A stretch of DNA of 64,000 nt from Planctomycetota bacterium. Its GTDB lineage: Bacteria > Planctomycetota > UBA8108 > SXIK01. The first letter of the stretch is position 1; the number at the start of each line of letters is the position of its first letter. This document shows, in pieces, positions 1 through 11,183 of this stretch. The notes beneath the pieces were generated by a model. The model saw nothing but the letters and a program-made list of their open reading frames with translations. It did no database searches and was not told where the DNA came from. Location of the stretch: positions 3,787,334 through 3,851,333 of the forward strand of contig CBDCXR010000004.1 in the NCBI GenBank assembly GCA_965223845.1, read 5' to 3'. A program made the position numbers and the translations under genes.

Positions 1-698
1 CTCGGGCGAATCTGCTCGCCATTATTCCGACGAGCGTTGGCGGCTCGAAGCCGAACGTACTCGCTAGCGGCGACGCGCTTCCGTCGCCGCAGCAGCGTCT
101 CCTCGACACCCTTCGGGCGGAGGTGGAGCGCGGCGAGCTCGAAGGCGCTTTCAGTATCCGCGGCATGCCTCCCGGCCCCCTGAGCGCCGTACTCGCCTGG
201 GGCGTCGCCGAACCCAGTCGCGTCGAGCAGGCGCTCGTCGACCTGTTCGAGTCCGCCAAGAAGTATGGCGCCGGCTCGTTCTCGTCCACCGTGACTCGCT
301 TCCGGGATCGACCCGTCCATCGCGTTCAGTTCGGAAACGAGGATCCCAAGGTCGAGCGAATCTTCGGGCGTGGAGCCGCCGTCCACTGGACGACGACGAA
401 GGACGCCGTGCTCTTCGCGTACGGAGCGAAGAGTCTCGAGGCTCTCAAATGGAGCCTCGAGAGGAAGTCAACTCCCCGACGCAGCAAGCATCTCTACGCG
501 CCGGCGTTGTTCACGACGCGCGTCCGCCCGTGGCTCGATATTTTCGGTCCGCTCGATCGACGCGTCGAAAGCATGAAGTCGGCGGTTCGGCCGACGGACC
601 GTCTGTTCATGGAATCCAGCCTGAACGGCGACGGGATGCTCACGCGGTTCGAGATCCCCACGGGACTCATCCGCGCGCTGGTGAAAGCCGCGAAGTAG
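1..698 (+). CDS. Hypothetical protein, 3' portion of a gene that starts upstream of the window
   Basis: Frame 3 is open from position 3 to the stop at 696-698 with no upstream stop. Composition is normal (K, F, Y, W, I present, not Arg-rich), unlike the shadow ORFs. I do not recognise a family. Confidence 0.5.
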   Translation, partial: RANLLAIIPTSVGGSKPNVLASGDALPSPQQRLLDTLRAEVERGELEGAFSIRGMPPGPLSAVLAWGVAEPSRVEQALVDLFESAKKYGAGSFSSTVTRFRDRPVHRVQFGNEDPKVERIFGRGAAVHWTTTKDAVLFAYGAKSLEALKWSLERKSTPRRSKHLYAPALFTTRVRPWLDIFGPLDRRVESMKSAVRPTDRLFMESSLNGDGMLTRFEIPTGLIRALVKAAK

Positions 699-748
699 CG
701 GGCTCGGAGCGCTCAGGGGTCGGAAAAGAGCTCGCGCGGTTCGATCCG

Positions 749-1912
749 TTATCGGGATTGGGCAGCGTCGGGCCCGTGAACGAGTGGGCCCGCACCCGCG
801 CCTTCGATCGAGTGCGCACCGGCGGGCGTCAGTCGAACGGCGGTCCTCACACGCTCGACGAGATTCCGCGCCGCGAGGCGACGCACGACGCGCTCGACGC
901 GCTTCGGGCTCCAGTTGAAGCGCGCCGCGAGCGAGGCGGGGTCGACCGCTTCGCTTCCGCCGCTCAAATGCAGCAGAAACAGTTGTTCGCGGAGACGCCG
1001 CGCCAGCCGGAGTCGAAACAGCGCTCGCGCCACGAGCCCGTACCGCGGCGAGAGGACGAGGGCGAGAAGGAAGAACACGCCCGCCATCGTCGCCATCGCA
1101 GCTGCGATCGAGCAGTCGATCGCGTAGGCGAGTGCGTATCCGGTCGCCGTGGATGCGATTCCGAACGCGACCGCGAGCGCGATCATGGAGCGCAGTCGAT
1201 CGGTGAGGAGGTACGCGGTCGCCGGAGGAACGACGAGCATCGCGACGACGAGGATCGCACCGACCGATTCGAACGAGCCGACGACGGTCACCGACACGGC
1301 GGACATGAGGAGGTAGTGAACGACGACGGGTGAGATTCCGAGCGCGGCGGCGAGCTGCGGATCGAAGCTGGCGACCTTGAGCTCCTTGTAGAACACGATG
1401 ACGACGAGCAGATCGAGGATGAGGATGGCGAGCGAAACCCAGATCGCCTTCGGGCCGAACTCGGGTCGCCCGGGGATCAAGGGATCGATCGGTGCGAGAC
1501 CGATCTCGCCGTAGAGAACGCAGTCGACATCGATGTGAACCGACGACAGATAGCGACTGAGAAGAATGACGCCGATCGAGAAGAGGGCCGGAAAAACGAC
1601 TCCGATCGAGGCATCCTCCTTGAGACGGCGGGTCCGAACGAGGAGCCCGACGAGAAAGACCGTCAAGACGCCGCACGCGCCGGCTCCGATGAGCGTCAGA
1701 ATCGGTGCGTGGGCTCCAGCGACGAGATACGCGATCGCGATCCCCGGCAGCACGGAGTGGCTGATCGCGTCCCCGAGAAGCGCCATGCGGCGGAGAACCA
1801 GGAACGAACCGACCAGCGCGCAACTCGACGCGACGGCGCTCCCGACGATGAGGATCACCCAGCGATCGGAGTCGAGGCCGAGGAACGAGCTGAGTCCGAG
1901 AACGAAGCTCAC
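749..1912 (-). CDS. Metal (Mn/Zn/Fe-type) ABC transporter permease, ABC-3 family, with a fused C-terminal winged-helix (DtxR-type HTH-like) domain
   Basis: A multi-TM ABC-3 core (about 280 aa) typical of MntB/ZnuB/TroD, followed by about 90 aa of soluble, helix-rich sequence (LREQLFLLHLSGG...VERVRTAVRLTPAG). Its start overlaps the upstream permease stop at 1909-1912 (ATGA). Confidence 0.8.
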   Translation of the reverse strand: MSFVLGLSSFLGLDSDRWVILIVGSAVASSCALVGSFLVLRRMALLGDAISHSVLPGIAIAYLVAGAHAPILTLIGAGACGVLTVFLVGLLVRTRRLKEDASIGVVFPALFSIGVILLSRYLSSVHIDVDCVLYGEIGLAPIDPLIPGRPEFGPKAIWVSLAILILDLLVVIVFYKELKVASFDPQLAAALGISPVVVHYLLMSAVSVTVVGSFESVGAILVVAMLVVPPATAYLLTDRLRSMIALAVAFGIASTATGYALAYAIDCSIAAAMATMAGVFFLLALVLSPRYGLVARALFRLRLARRLREQLFLLHLSGGSEAVDPASLAARFNWSPKRVERVVRRLAARNLVERVRTAVRLTPAGAHSIEGAGAGPLVHGPDAAQSR

Positions 1913-3228
1913 CTTGCACCTCGTCCACTCGTCGTCTCGGCGTCGTTTCCCTCCCCGTCGGGGTTCGGGATCGCTCGGCCGTGCGGGTCGTGCGTCGGAT
2001 GCCCCAGAATGCGCGCGAACTCACGCACGGCTTCGTCGCTGAGCGCGTGCTCCATCTCCTCGGCGTCGCGGTGGACGTGATCGGCGGGAAGGTCGAGTCT
2101 TCGCGTGAGATAGAGCTCCCAGAGCCGGTGCTTGCGGACGACGCGCTGCGCGGCAACGAGCCCGGAAGGAGTTAGGCGCAGTCCATCGGCAACGGTTTCG
2201 ACGAGCCTCCGCGCTGCGAGCGCCTGCGCGGTTCGATCGACGACGCCGCCTCTCTGTCCGCGAAATCCCATCAGAACGGAACGAGGTACGGCTTCCTCCC
2301 AACTGCCGGTGCTCTCACCGCAGCGGTAGAGGTCGTTGAGCAGGTTTTCGCGGCGGATGCGCCGGGCGAGGCGACGGTGGCGCACGAACGCCCAAACCAC
2401 CCCGCGCCGCGGCGCGAGCGCGGTCGAAAGCGCGAGAATCGCGCTCGCGACGACAACGATCGTGGGTCCCGTCGGCATGCGATCGATCGTTCCGCTCAGC
2501 GTCGCGCCGGCAGCGCTCGAAAACGCGCCGATGGTAGCGGCGAGAAGAAGCATGATGCTGAAACGGTCCGTCCACTGCCGCGCGGCCGCCGCCGGCGTGA
2601 CGAGGGCGGCGACGGTGAGGACGACGCCGACGGTTTGCAGTCCGACGACGACGACTGCGACGAGGACCACCGTGAGGAGGACCTCGAGAAAACGCGTCGG
2701 CAGACCGATGCTCGCGGCGAACTCGCGATCGAAGCAGAGGAGCTTGAGTTCCTTGTAGAAAAGGAGGATGCAGGCGAGGACGGCGGCGCCGACGACCGCG
2801 AAGAGTACGAGGTCGCTCCCGAGCAAGGTGACGGCCTGTCCGAACAGGAATCGATCGAGTCCCGCCTGATTTCCGTGCGCCGTCTTTTGAATGTACGTGA
2901 GAAGAACAATTCCCACGCCGAAGAACACCGAGAGCACGATGCCCATCGCGGAGTCTTCCTTGACCCGGCTCCCGCGAGCGACCGCGAGCATGACGAGCGC
3001 CCCCAGAAGTCCCGTGGCCGCCGCACCCGCGAGAATCGCCGGAGAGCTCTTCGCGCCGACGAGCAGATACGCGAGGCAGACCCCGGGGAGCGCCGCGTGA
3101 GCCAGAGCATCGCCGAGGAGGCTCTGCCGCCGAAGCACGGCGAAAACGCCCGTCGCACCACCGATCGTCCCGAGGAGGGACGTCCCGATGAGCACGTTTC
3201 GGAAAGTGGAAGATGTCAGCCAGTCCAT
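1909..3228 (-). CDS. Metal ABC transporter permease (ABC-3 family) fused to a DtxR/MntR-family regulator domain (HTH plus metal-binding dimerisation domain)
   Basis: An N-terminal ABC-3 permease core is followed by a C-terminal about 150 aa containing RKHRLWELYLTRRLDLPADHVHRDAEEMEHALSDEAVREFARILGHPTHDPHGRAIP. This closely matches the DtxR dimerisation/metal-site region (RHRLAERFL...HDEACRWEHVMSDEV...SPFGNPIP). Confidence 0.85.
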   Translation of the reverse strand: MDWLTSSTFRNVLIGTSLLGTIGGATGVFAVLRRQSLLGDALAHAALPGVCLAYLLVGAKSSPAILAGAAATGLLGALVMLAVARGSRVKEDSAMGIVLSVFFGVGIVLLTYIQKTAHGNQAGLDRFLFGQAVTLLGSDLVLFAVVGAAVLACILLFYKELKLLCFDREFAASIGLPTRFLEVLLTVVLVAVVVVGLQTVGVVLTVAALVTPAAAARQWTDRFSIMLLLAATIGAFSSAAGATLSGTIDRMPTGPTIVVVASAILALSTALAPRRGVVWAFVRHRRLARRIRRENLLNDLYRCGESTGSWEEAVPRSVLMGFRGQRGGVVDRTAQALAARRLVETVADGLRLTPSGLVAAQRVVRKHRLWELYLTRRLDLPADHVHRDAEEMEHALSDEAVREFARILGHPTHDPHGRAIPNPDGEGNDAETTSGRGAR

Positions 3229-3431
3229 CGCCTTCGCCCCGTCGCTCCCGCATCGTCCGAGCGACGGATCAACAGCCCGTTGAGAAAGTGCTTCGAGTCG
3301 ACAGCCGGCTCGTGTGCGTTCCGATCGGCCGCGGCAAATGCGGACGATCTTACGGGTTTTCGAGAATGGGCGCGGCCGATTGGAGCGTGAACGCGCCGGT
3401 CGTTCGGCCGAACGAGTTTTTGGGCGGACGG

Positions 3432-4322
3432 TTAACCCGAGCTTCGCGGCGGCCGCGCGCGAAGAAGAGATTCCGCCGCCTTCGACAGCGCGGTCAATCG
3501 GCCGCCGTACGTCATTTGGATGTTCTCTTCGTTGAACGTCGTCGGCACGGGTCCCGCCGCGACGAGTCGCATGTTGAGAAAGATCACGTCGTCGAAGTAC
3601 GCCGCGACGGTTTGTAGGTCGTGGTGGACGGCGACGACCGTCCGACCCTCCGCGCGCAGCTTCTTCAGCAGGCCGAGAACCGCCTCCTCGGTCGCGGCGT
3701 CGACGCCCGCGAACGGCTCGTCCATCAGATAGAGCCGCGCGTCCTGCGCAAGCGCGCGAGCGAGGAACACGCGCTGCTGCTGGCCGCCGGAGAGCTGGTT
3801 GATCTGCCGCCGGGCGAACTCCTCCATGCCGACCTCGGCGAGGCAGCGCATCGCACGGTCACGATGCCGGCGAGTCGGCCACCGAATCCATCCCAGCTCG
3901 CCGTAGAGTCCCATCGTAACGACGTCGAGCGCCGTGGTCGGAAAATCCCAGTCGACGGTCTCTCGCTGCGGCACGTACGCGACCCACGATCGCCGCTCGG
4001 CGTACGGCGCGCCGAACACCTTGACCCAACCGGTCAGCGGACGCACGAGTCCGAGGATTCCCTTGAGCAGCGTACTCTTTCCTGCTCCGTTCGGTCCGAC
4101 GATGGCGATGAGCCGCCCGGGAGGAAAGGTGACGTCGACGTCCCAGAGGACGGGGTGCACGCCGTACGCGACGGTCATGTCGTGCACTTCCACCGCTGCC
4201 GGTGCGTTCTCGTCGGAGGACGAGGACGCCGCTGCGGTCGGCGCCTCATCGGCGCTAGGCTCCGCGCGCACCAAGCGAGCTTCTGCGTTGGGGCGATTCT
4301 CCTCGCGCTCCGCGCCGCTCAT
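3432..4322 (-). CDS. Metal ABC transporter ATP-binding protein (ZnuC/MntA-like)
   Basis: Walker A GPNGAGKST, signature LSGGQQQR, Walker B LYLMDEP. I trimmed the 298-aa Arg-rich N-terminal extension of ORF 3432..5216. The chosen ATG overlaps the substrate-binding-protein stop (ATGA at 4319-4322). The low-complexity about 48-aa N-terminus suggests the true start may be the later MTVAYG Met near 4178. Confidence 0.8.
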   Translation of the reverse strand: MSGAEREENRPNAEARLVRAEPSADEAPTAAASSSSDENAPAAVEVHDMTVAYGVHPVLWDVDVTFPPGRLIAIVGPNGAGKSTLLKGILGLVRPLTGWVKVFGAPYAERRSWVAYVPQRETVDWDFPTTALDVVTMGLYGELGWIRWPTRRHRDRAMRCLAEVGMEEFARRQINQLSGGQQQRVFLARALAQDARLYLMDEPFAGVDAATEEAVLGLLKKLRAEGRTVVAVHHDLQTVAAYFDDVIFLNMRLVAAGPVPTTFNEENIQMTYGGRLTALSKAAESLLRARPPRSSG

Positions 4323-5275
4323 CGCAGCGACTCCACGAGCGTCGTCACGTTGTGGCGAACCATCGTCGCGTAGGTGTCGGCGCCGCTCTCGGCCGGCCCC
4401 AAGGAGTCCGAGTAGAGCTCGCCCCCGACGGCGACCTCGTGGCCGCGGTCGCGGCACGCGGCCTGTACGGCCTCGATGCTCTTTCGCGGCACGCTGCTTT
4501 CGACGAAGATCGCTTTCAATTGTCGATCGATGATCACCTCGGTGACGCGCGCGATGTCGCGTAGACCGGCCTCCGCCGCCGTGTTGATGCCCTGGAGTCC
4601 GACGACCTCGACGCCGTAACGGTCTCCGAAGTAGCCGAATGCGTCGTGCGCCGTGACGAGAACGCGCGAGGATTCGGGGATCTTCCCGATTTCCTCCTTC
4701 ACCCACGCGTCGAGAGCCAGCAACTCGGCCGCGACCGCGCGGTAGCGCTCGTCGATCGCTTCCGCGTCCTCCGGCGACAGGGCTTTCAACTCCGTAGCGA
4801 CCGCACCGCAGACGATCGTCCACAGGGAGACGTCGAACCACACGTGCGGATCGACCGCCCCGTCCTCTCGGCGGACGCGATCCTCCGGCAGCGTCTCGGC
4901 AACCGCGACGACACGCCGGCCGGCGCCGGCGATGCGCTCGAGCACCGAGCCCATCTTCCCCTCGAGATGGAAGCCGTTGTAGAGAACGAGATCCGCGGCG
5001 CCGAGCCGGCGCACGTCGCTCTCCGTCGGATTGTAGAGGTGAGGATCGATCCCCGGGCGCATCAAGCCGACCACCTCGACCCCGTCCGGTGCGAGACGCT
5101 CGGCGATCTCTGCGATCATTCCCGTCGTCGCGACGACAACCGGACCGATGCGTTCCGCCCCGGGGGAGCAAGCGACGCCCGCCGCGAGCGCGAGACCGGC
5201 GAGCGCGCCCCGCCACCAGCGCCCGCGCGCACGTTCCGTGGATGCACCGAGCCGTCGAGTTCGCGCGTCGATCAT
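4319..5275 (-). CDS. Metal ABC transporter substrate-binding protein (cluster A-I; ZnuA/MntC/TroA family)
   Basis: N-terminal signal sequence, conserved His/Asp/Glu positions (DPHLY, DPHVW, HDAFGYF) and overall TroA-like length. It is the first gene of the minus-strand operon SBP-ATPase-permease-permease. Confidence 0.85.
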   Translation of the reverse strand: MIDARTRRLGASTERARGRWWRGALAGLALAAGVACSPGAERIGPVVVATTGMIAEIAERLAPDGVEVVGLMRPGIDPHLYNPTESDVRRLGAADLVLYNGFHLEGKMGSVLERIAGAGRRVVAVAETLPEDRVRREDGAVDPHVWFDVSLWTIVCGAVATELKALSPEDAEAIDERYRAVAAELLALDAWVKEEIGKIPESSRVLVTAHDAFGYFGDRYGVEVVGLQGINTAAEAGLRDIARVTEVIIDRQLKAIFVESSVPRKSIEAVQAACRDRGHEVAVGGELYSDSLGPAESGADTYATMVRHNVTTLVESLR

Positions 5276-5391
5276 AGAGAAGACTCTAACCGAGACGCGA
5301 GCTCGAGAACATGCCGCGCCTTCGGCTCGACGTTAACGCAGCGCCCGATGGCCCCGAACCGAGAACGTGGTCCCAAACCTCTCGGCGATCC

Positions 5392-6684
5392 TCACGGAGT
5401 CTCGTTCGTGCTCGGCTCCGTTGGCGGGGACGAGCCACCGTCCGCGGGAGCATCGGGAGCCGACTCGGCCGCCGCCGATTCCTTCGTCTTTCGGGGGAAC
5501 CGGCCGTTCTGCAGGAAATGAAGCGTGCGGCGGATCACCTCCGGCTCCGACGCCATGAATGTGTGGCCCACCGGAAGGACGCAAAAGTCGCGCGCACCGG
5601 GAAGCCGCGTGTTGTCGACGCGGACGACTCCGTCGTTGTCGCCGAGAAGAAACGGGTTGTAGCCTCGGCCCCCGGTTCCCCCCGCGATGATCCCGAATTC
5701 GCAGTCGGGAACGGGACGTGCGTCGACTTCATCCGGGGTCAGCTCCGGTCCCGACGGGCCCGCGAGCGCCCGAAAGATCGGGAACGACTCGAGCCGATTC
5801 GCGATGACGCTCCCCTGGTTGGGCGGCCCGAGCATCACGAGACGATGAGTCTGGATTCGCTGCCGCCAAGCCGCTGGCCGCGCGAGCAGCTCACGAACGA
5901 CGATGCCGCCGAGACTGTGCGTGACGAAGGAGACTTCCCGAATCTCGGACGCGGCGTCGAGCACTCTCTCGATCCCGTCGGCGTGGTCGTCGATCGAGCG
6001 CCGCGTGCTCGGGTATCCGACCGCAGCAGTTTCGTAACCGGCGGCGGCGAGTGCTTCCTCAAACTGCCGGAACATTCCCCTCGTTCTCCCGAGGCCGTGA
6101 ACGAGGACGACGAGATGGTCGCTCCGAGGACAGAGATCGCGTTCGCGCGCCTCGCGTTCGAAGCTCGTTCGGCACGCAGCGAACGAGCCCCACGCGCGCC
6201 GCACGTTGCCCGCGTCGAGAAGACGAAAGTGACCGAAGTGAACGTGCTCCTGAATGCGCCAGCCGCGACGCACAAAGCGATCCGCCCAGAGCTGAGCTCC
6301 CCCGAGTGTGCGGATCGGAAGATTCGGTCTCCCGACTCCGTGACGGCGCACGAGCTCACGGCTTCGGGCGGCGGCACACTCGTCCCAGCTGCCCGCGGCG
6401 ACGACTCGGGCACCGCGGATGTCGACGACGCGGTACCTCTCCTCGTCCGGAACACGCTCGATGCGAAGATCGAGTACGAGGCGATCAGCGCAGCGATCCG
6501 AGTTCGCGCGGTTCGCCGGGCGGGGCGGGGCTTTCGGCTTCGTTTCCTGAGCTCCTGCCCCGGCGCAAGCGAGCAGAACCGAGACGAACGCCGCCGCGAT
6601 GCGAGCCGCTCCCCCCAACCGAAAGACAAACGCTCCGCGTGGCGGCTTCGAGTCGCCCCGCGACTCGGGTGGATCGTTCGGCAT
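5392..6684 (-). CDS. Secreted alpha/beta-hydrolase (lipase/esterase-like; GxSxG nucleophile HSLGG)
   Basis: Motifs VVLVHGLGR and THSLGG, plus a signal peptide after the chosen start MPNDPPESRGDSKPPRGAFVFRLGGAARIAAAFVSVLLACAGAGAQE. The upstream 105 aa of the ORF are Arg/Ser-rich and were trimmed. Confidence 0.65.
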   Translation of the reverse strand: MPNDPPESRGDSKPPRGAFVFRLGGAARIAAAFVSVLLACAGAGAQETKPKAPPRPANRANSDRCADRLVLDLRIERVPDEERYRVVDIRGARVVAAGSWDECAAARSRELVRRHGVGRPNLPIRTLGGAQLWADRFVRRGWRIQEHVHFGHFRLLDAGNVRRAWGSFAACRTSFEREARERDLCPRSDHLVVLVHGLGRTRGMFRQFEEALAAAGYETAAVGYPSTRRSIDDHADGIERVLDAASEIREVSFVTHSLGGIVVRELLARPAAWRQRIQTHRLVMLGPPNQGSVIANRLESFPIFRALAGPSGPELTPDEVDARPVPDCEFGIIAGGTGGRGYNPFLLGDNDGVVRVDNTRLPGARDFCVLPVGHTFMASEPEVIRRTLHFLQNGRFPRKTKESAAAESAPDAPADGGSSPPTEPSTNETP

Positions 6685-6982
6685 CGAGTCTTCCTCTCTG
6701 CGGCACGGACCGCTTCGAGCCAAAGTCCCGCGCCCGCCGTTCTCGTCTGAAGATGATTGTGGCGTGCTCGAGCGGGATCTCAAGCGTTCACCTCGAGGAA
6801 CGTCGACCCAAGTCCGGCGAGCGCCGCCGCGCGGAGAAGTCCGTTCCCTCGATGCCTCGATGTTCTCGCTTTGAGATCCCCGAGGAACCCAGTACATCTG
6901 GGAACTTCCGAAGGAAACGCCGGCGCGTCTTCTTCGCTCCGGTGTCCGCAGCCCGCTCCCGAGAGTACATCCGAGGAATGAG

Positions 6983-8458
6983 ATGAGACCAATCGCCAAG
7001 ATCTCCCTGCTGCTCCTAGCGCTTGCGTGTACCCCTCAGGCGATGTCCGCGCCGAAGAAGATTCTTCTCGTCGGCACGCATCCGAGTCACGGGTACAACC
7101 AGCACGAATACCTCCACGGGAATCGCATTCTCGCGCACTGCCTGCGGCAGAACGGCGTCGACGCCGTGTCCTACAACGGCTTTCCTCCGGCGGAGGAGAT
7201 CAATGAGGCGGCGCACTTCCACCTCTTCTGCTCCTGGGGCGGCGACTTCGTGCTAAAGGATGCGGACCGCCGGGCAATCTTCCTCGCAAACATTCGCCGC
7301 GGCATGGGCTTCTCGACGCTTCACTTTGCGTGCGATATCACCCCCGACCTCGAAGACAAGGGACTCGGCGACGTCTACATGGAGGCGCTCGGGGCGTTTT
7401 ACGACACCGGGTTCTCGCGCAACCCGCACAATACGGTCACTCTTCGTCCGGCGAACGTCGGGCATCCGATTCTGAGCGGCGTGAGCGAGCTGACGCAGCA
7501 CGACGAGATCTACTTCAACCTGCGGTTCATGCCGTACACGCGTCCGGTCCTCGTCGGACGAATCAAGGATCGCGACGGCGACTTCGATCGCTGGGTCTCG
7601 TGGTGTTACGAACGTCCCGACGGCGGGCGCTCGTTCGGCTACACGGGAGCGCACTTCCACAAGACCTTCGAAGCGGAGAGTTTCCGGCGCCACCTCGTAA
7701 ACGGGATTCTCTGGTCGGCGAAAGTCGAGCTTCCCGAAGGAGGGGCGAAGGTCGACTTCGATCCCGCGTGGCTCGTTCCGCCGCGCCGGAAGGCACCGGC
7801 TGGTCGCCCCCCCGCGGGAAAGCTCCTTCCGCTGGACCGGGCGGGAGGCGACGCGGAGTGGGTGAACATCCTCACGGCCGAATCCTTTCCGCGGTGGACG
7901 CAGAAAGGTAAGGCGAACTGGAAGCTCGAAGACGGAGTGCTCACCGGAACGGGGCCGGTCGGTCACGTCTTCAGCCCGCGCGGCGACTACGCCAACTTCG
8001 AGTACGAGGCCGAGGTGAAGATCAGCAACGATTCGAACAGCGGCATGTACTTTCGTGCGGAGCTCGGCGACTCGTGGCCGAATGGCTACGAAGCGCAGGT
8101 GAACGCCTCGCACGGCGATCCCGTACGCTCCGGCAGCCTCTATCACTTCGAGAAGGTGTTCGAGAAATATACGAAAAACGACGAGTGGTTCACGCAGCGC
8201 ATCGTCGCCGCCGGAAACCGGATCACCATTTCGATCAACGGTGCTCCCGTCGTCGACGTCGATATGGACGAGAAGCTCGCCCGAGTTCAGACTCAGCTCG
8301 CCGCGGAGACGGACGCGAGAAAGAAGCGTCAGCTCGGCCGGCTCGCACAGCAGATCGACAGCTTTCGCAAGCTCGAACGAGGCCACTTCGCGTTCCAGCA
8401 GCATCACGACGGTAGCGTGGTTCAGTACCGGAACGTCCGCGTGCGCGAATTGCCCTAG
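6983..8458 (+). CDS. Secreted ThuA-like (trehalose-utilisation/type-1 glutamine-amidotransferase-like) domain fused to a DUF1080 (3-keto-disaccharide hydrolase / LamG-like) domain
   Basis: Signal peptide MRPIAKISLLLLALACTPQA. The N-terminal ThuA-like part includes KKILLVGTHPSHGYNQHEY. The C-terminal part has the DUF1080 hallmark ending GHFAFQQHHDGSVVQYRNVRV. Confidence 0.75.
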   Translation: MRPIAKISLLLLALACTPQAMSAPKKILLVGTHPSHGYNQHEYLHGNRILAHCLRQNGVDAVSYNGFPPAEEINEAAHFHLFCSWGGDFVLKDADRRAIFLANIRRGMGFSTLHFACDITPDLEDKGLGDVYMEALGAFYDTGFSRNPHNTVTLRPANVGHPILSGVSELTQHDEIYFNLRFMPYTRPVLVGRIKDRDGDFDRWVSWCYERPDGGRSFGYTGAHFHKTFEAESFRRHLVNGILWSAKVELPEGGAKVDFDPAWLVPPRRKAPAGRPPAGKLLPLDRAGGDAEWVNILTAESFPRWTQKGKANWKLEDGVLTGTGPVGHVFSPRGDYANFEYEAEVKISNDSNSGMYFRAELGDSWPNGYEAQVNASHGDPVRSGSLYHFEKVFEKYTKNDEWFTQRIVAAGNRITISINGAPVVDVDMDEKLARVQTQLAAETDARKKRQLGRLAQQIDSFRKLERGHFAFQQHHDGSVVQYRNVRVRELP

Positions 8459-8508
8459 TCCTGCACGGGAAAACGAGGCGACGGCTCTCAAGCTCGAGTG
8501 CGTCGCCC

Positions 8509-9258
8509 CTAGTCTCGCCGCCGCAGATTCGAACGAACGAACTCGCGATTGAGTCGCGCGATGTTTTCGACGCGGATCGACTTCGGGCACGCGGCCTCGC
8601 ACTCGCTCTCGTTCGTGCAGTTGCCGAAGCCTTCATCGTCCATCGCTTCGATCATCGCGCGTGCACGGCGAGCTCGCTCCGGCTGTCCCTGCGGGAGAAG
8701 CGCGAGCTGCGAGACCTTCGCGGAAACGAACAGCATCGCAGAGGCGTTCTTGCACGAGGCCACGCAGGCGCCGCAACCGATGCACGCCGCTGCGTCCATC
8801 GCGAGGTCGGCGTTTTCCTTCGGAATCGCGATCGCGTTCGCGTCGGGAGCCGCCCCCGTCCGCACCGACACGTAGCCACCGGCGCGGATGATTCGGTCGA
8901 AGCTCGAACGGTCGACAACGAGATCCTTCACCACCGGGAACGCGCCCGCGCGCCACGGCTCGATCTCGATCGTGTCGCCGCTCCGAAAGTGCCGCATGTG
9001 GAGCTGACAGACCGTCGTCCCGCGCTCGGGTCCGTGGGCGCGCCCGTCGATGACGAGGCTGCACATTCCACAGATTCCTTCGCGGCAATCGTGGTCGAAT
9101 GCGACCGGATCCTCGCCGCGACGCTCGAGATCTTCGTTGAGGACGTCCAGCATTTCGAGGAACGACGCCTCTTCCGAGATCCCGCTCACCTCGTACGTGA
9201 CCATACGACCGGGATCTTGCGCGTTCTTCTGCCGCCAGATCTTGAGCGTCAACTCCAT
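8509..9258 (-). CDS. sdhB: Succinate dehydrogenase/fumarate reductase iron-sulfur subunit
   Basis: Cys clusters [16 protein letters not shown]...C and [12 protein letters not shown] typical of SdhB 2Fe-2S/4Fe-4S/3Fe-4S sites. I chose the start at MELTLKIW and trimmed 35 aa. Confidence 0.9.
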   Translation of the reverse strand: MELTLKIWRQKNAQDPGRMVTYEVSGISEEASFLEMLDVLNEDLERRGEDPVAFDHDCREGICGMCSLVIDGRAHGPERGTTVCQLHMRHFRSGDTIEIEPWRAGAFPVVKDLVVDRSSFDRIIRAGGYVSVRTGAAPDANAIAIPKENADLAMDAAACIGCGACVASCKNASAMLFVSAKVSQLALLPQGQPERARRARAMIEAMDDEGFGNCTNESECEAACPKSIRVENIARLNREFVRSNLRRRD

Positions 9259-9269
9259 CGCGCCGCTCG

Positions 9270-11179
<1,910 letters not shown>

Positions 11180-11183
<4 letters not shown>

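Noticed and set aside
468-2156. Long ORFs of 200-1100 aa, extremely rich in Arg/Ala/Gly/Pro/Ser, lying antisense or frame-shifted to recognisable genes. Examples: 468..2156 -, 2315..3253 -, 5311..6750 +, 7253..8602 -, 18815..20245 -, 49699..52995 + (1098 aa), 55908..59165 + (1085 aa).
   Set aside because: These are composition artefacts of about 69% GC DNA: there are no stop codons in GC-rich off-frames. Each overlaps a gene with clear family motifs on another frame, and none has recognisable motifs itself.
3432-5216. N-terminal extensions of many ORF-track entries, for example 298 aa in front of the ABC ATPase, 201 aa in front of SdhA, and 322 aa in front of the sugar permease.
   Set aside because: The extensions are Arg-rich low-complexity sequence. 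The true starts were placed at internal Met/GTG/TTG codons where family-typical N-termini, signal peptides, RBS-like GGAG motifs or ATGA coupling occur.
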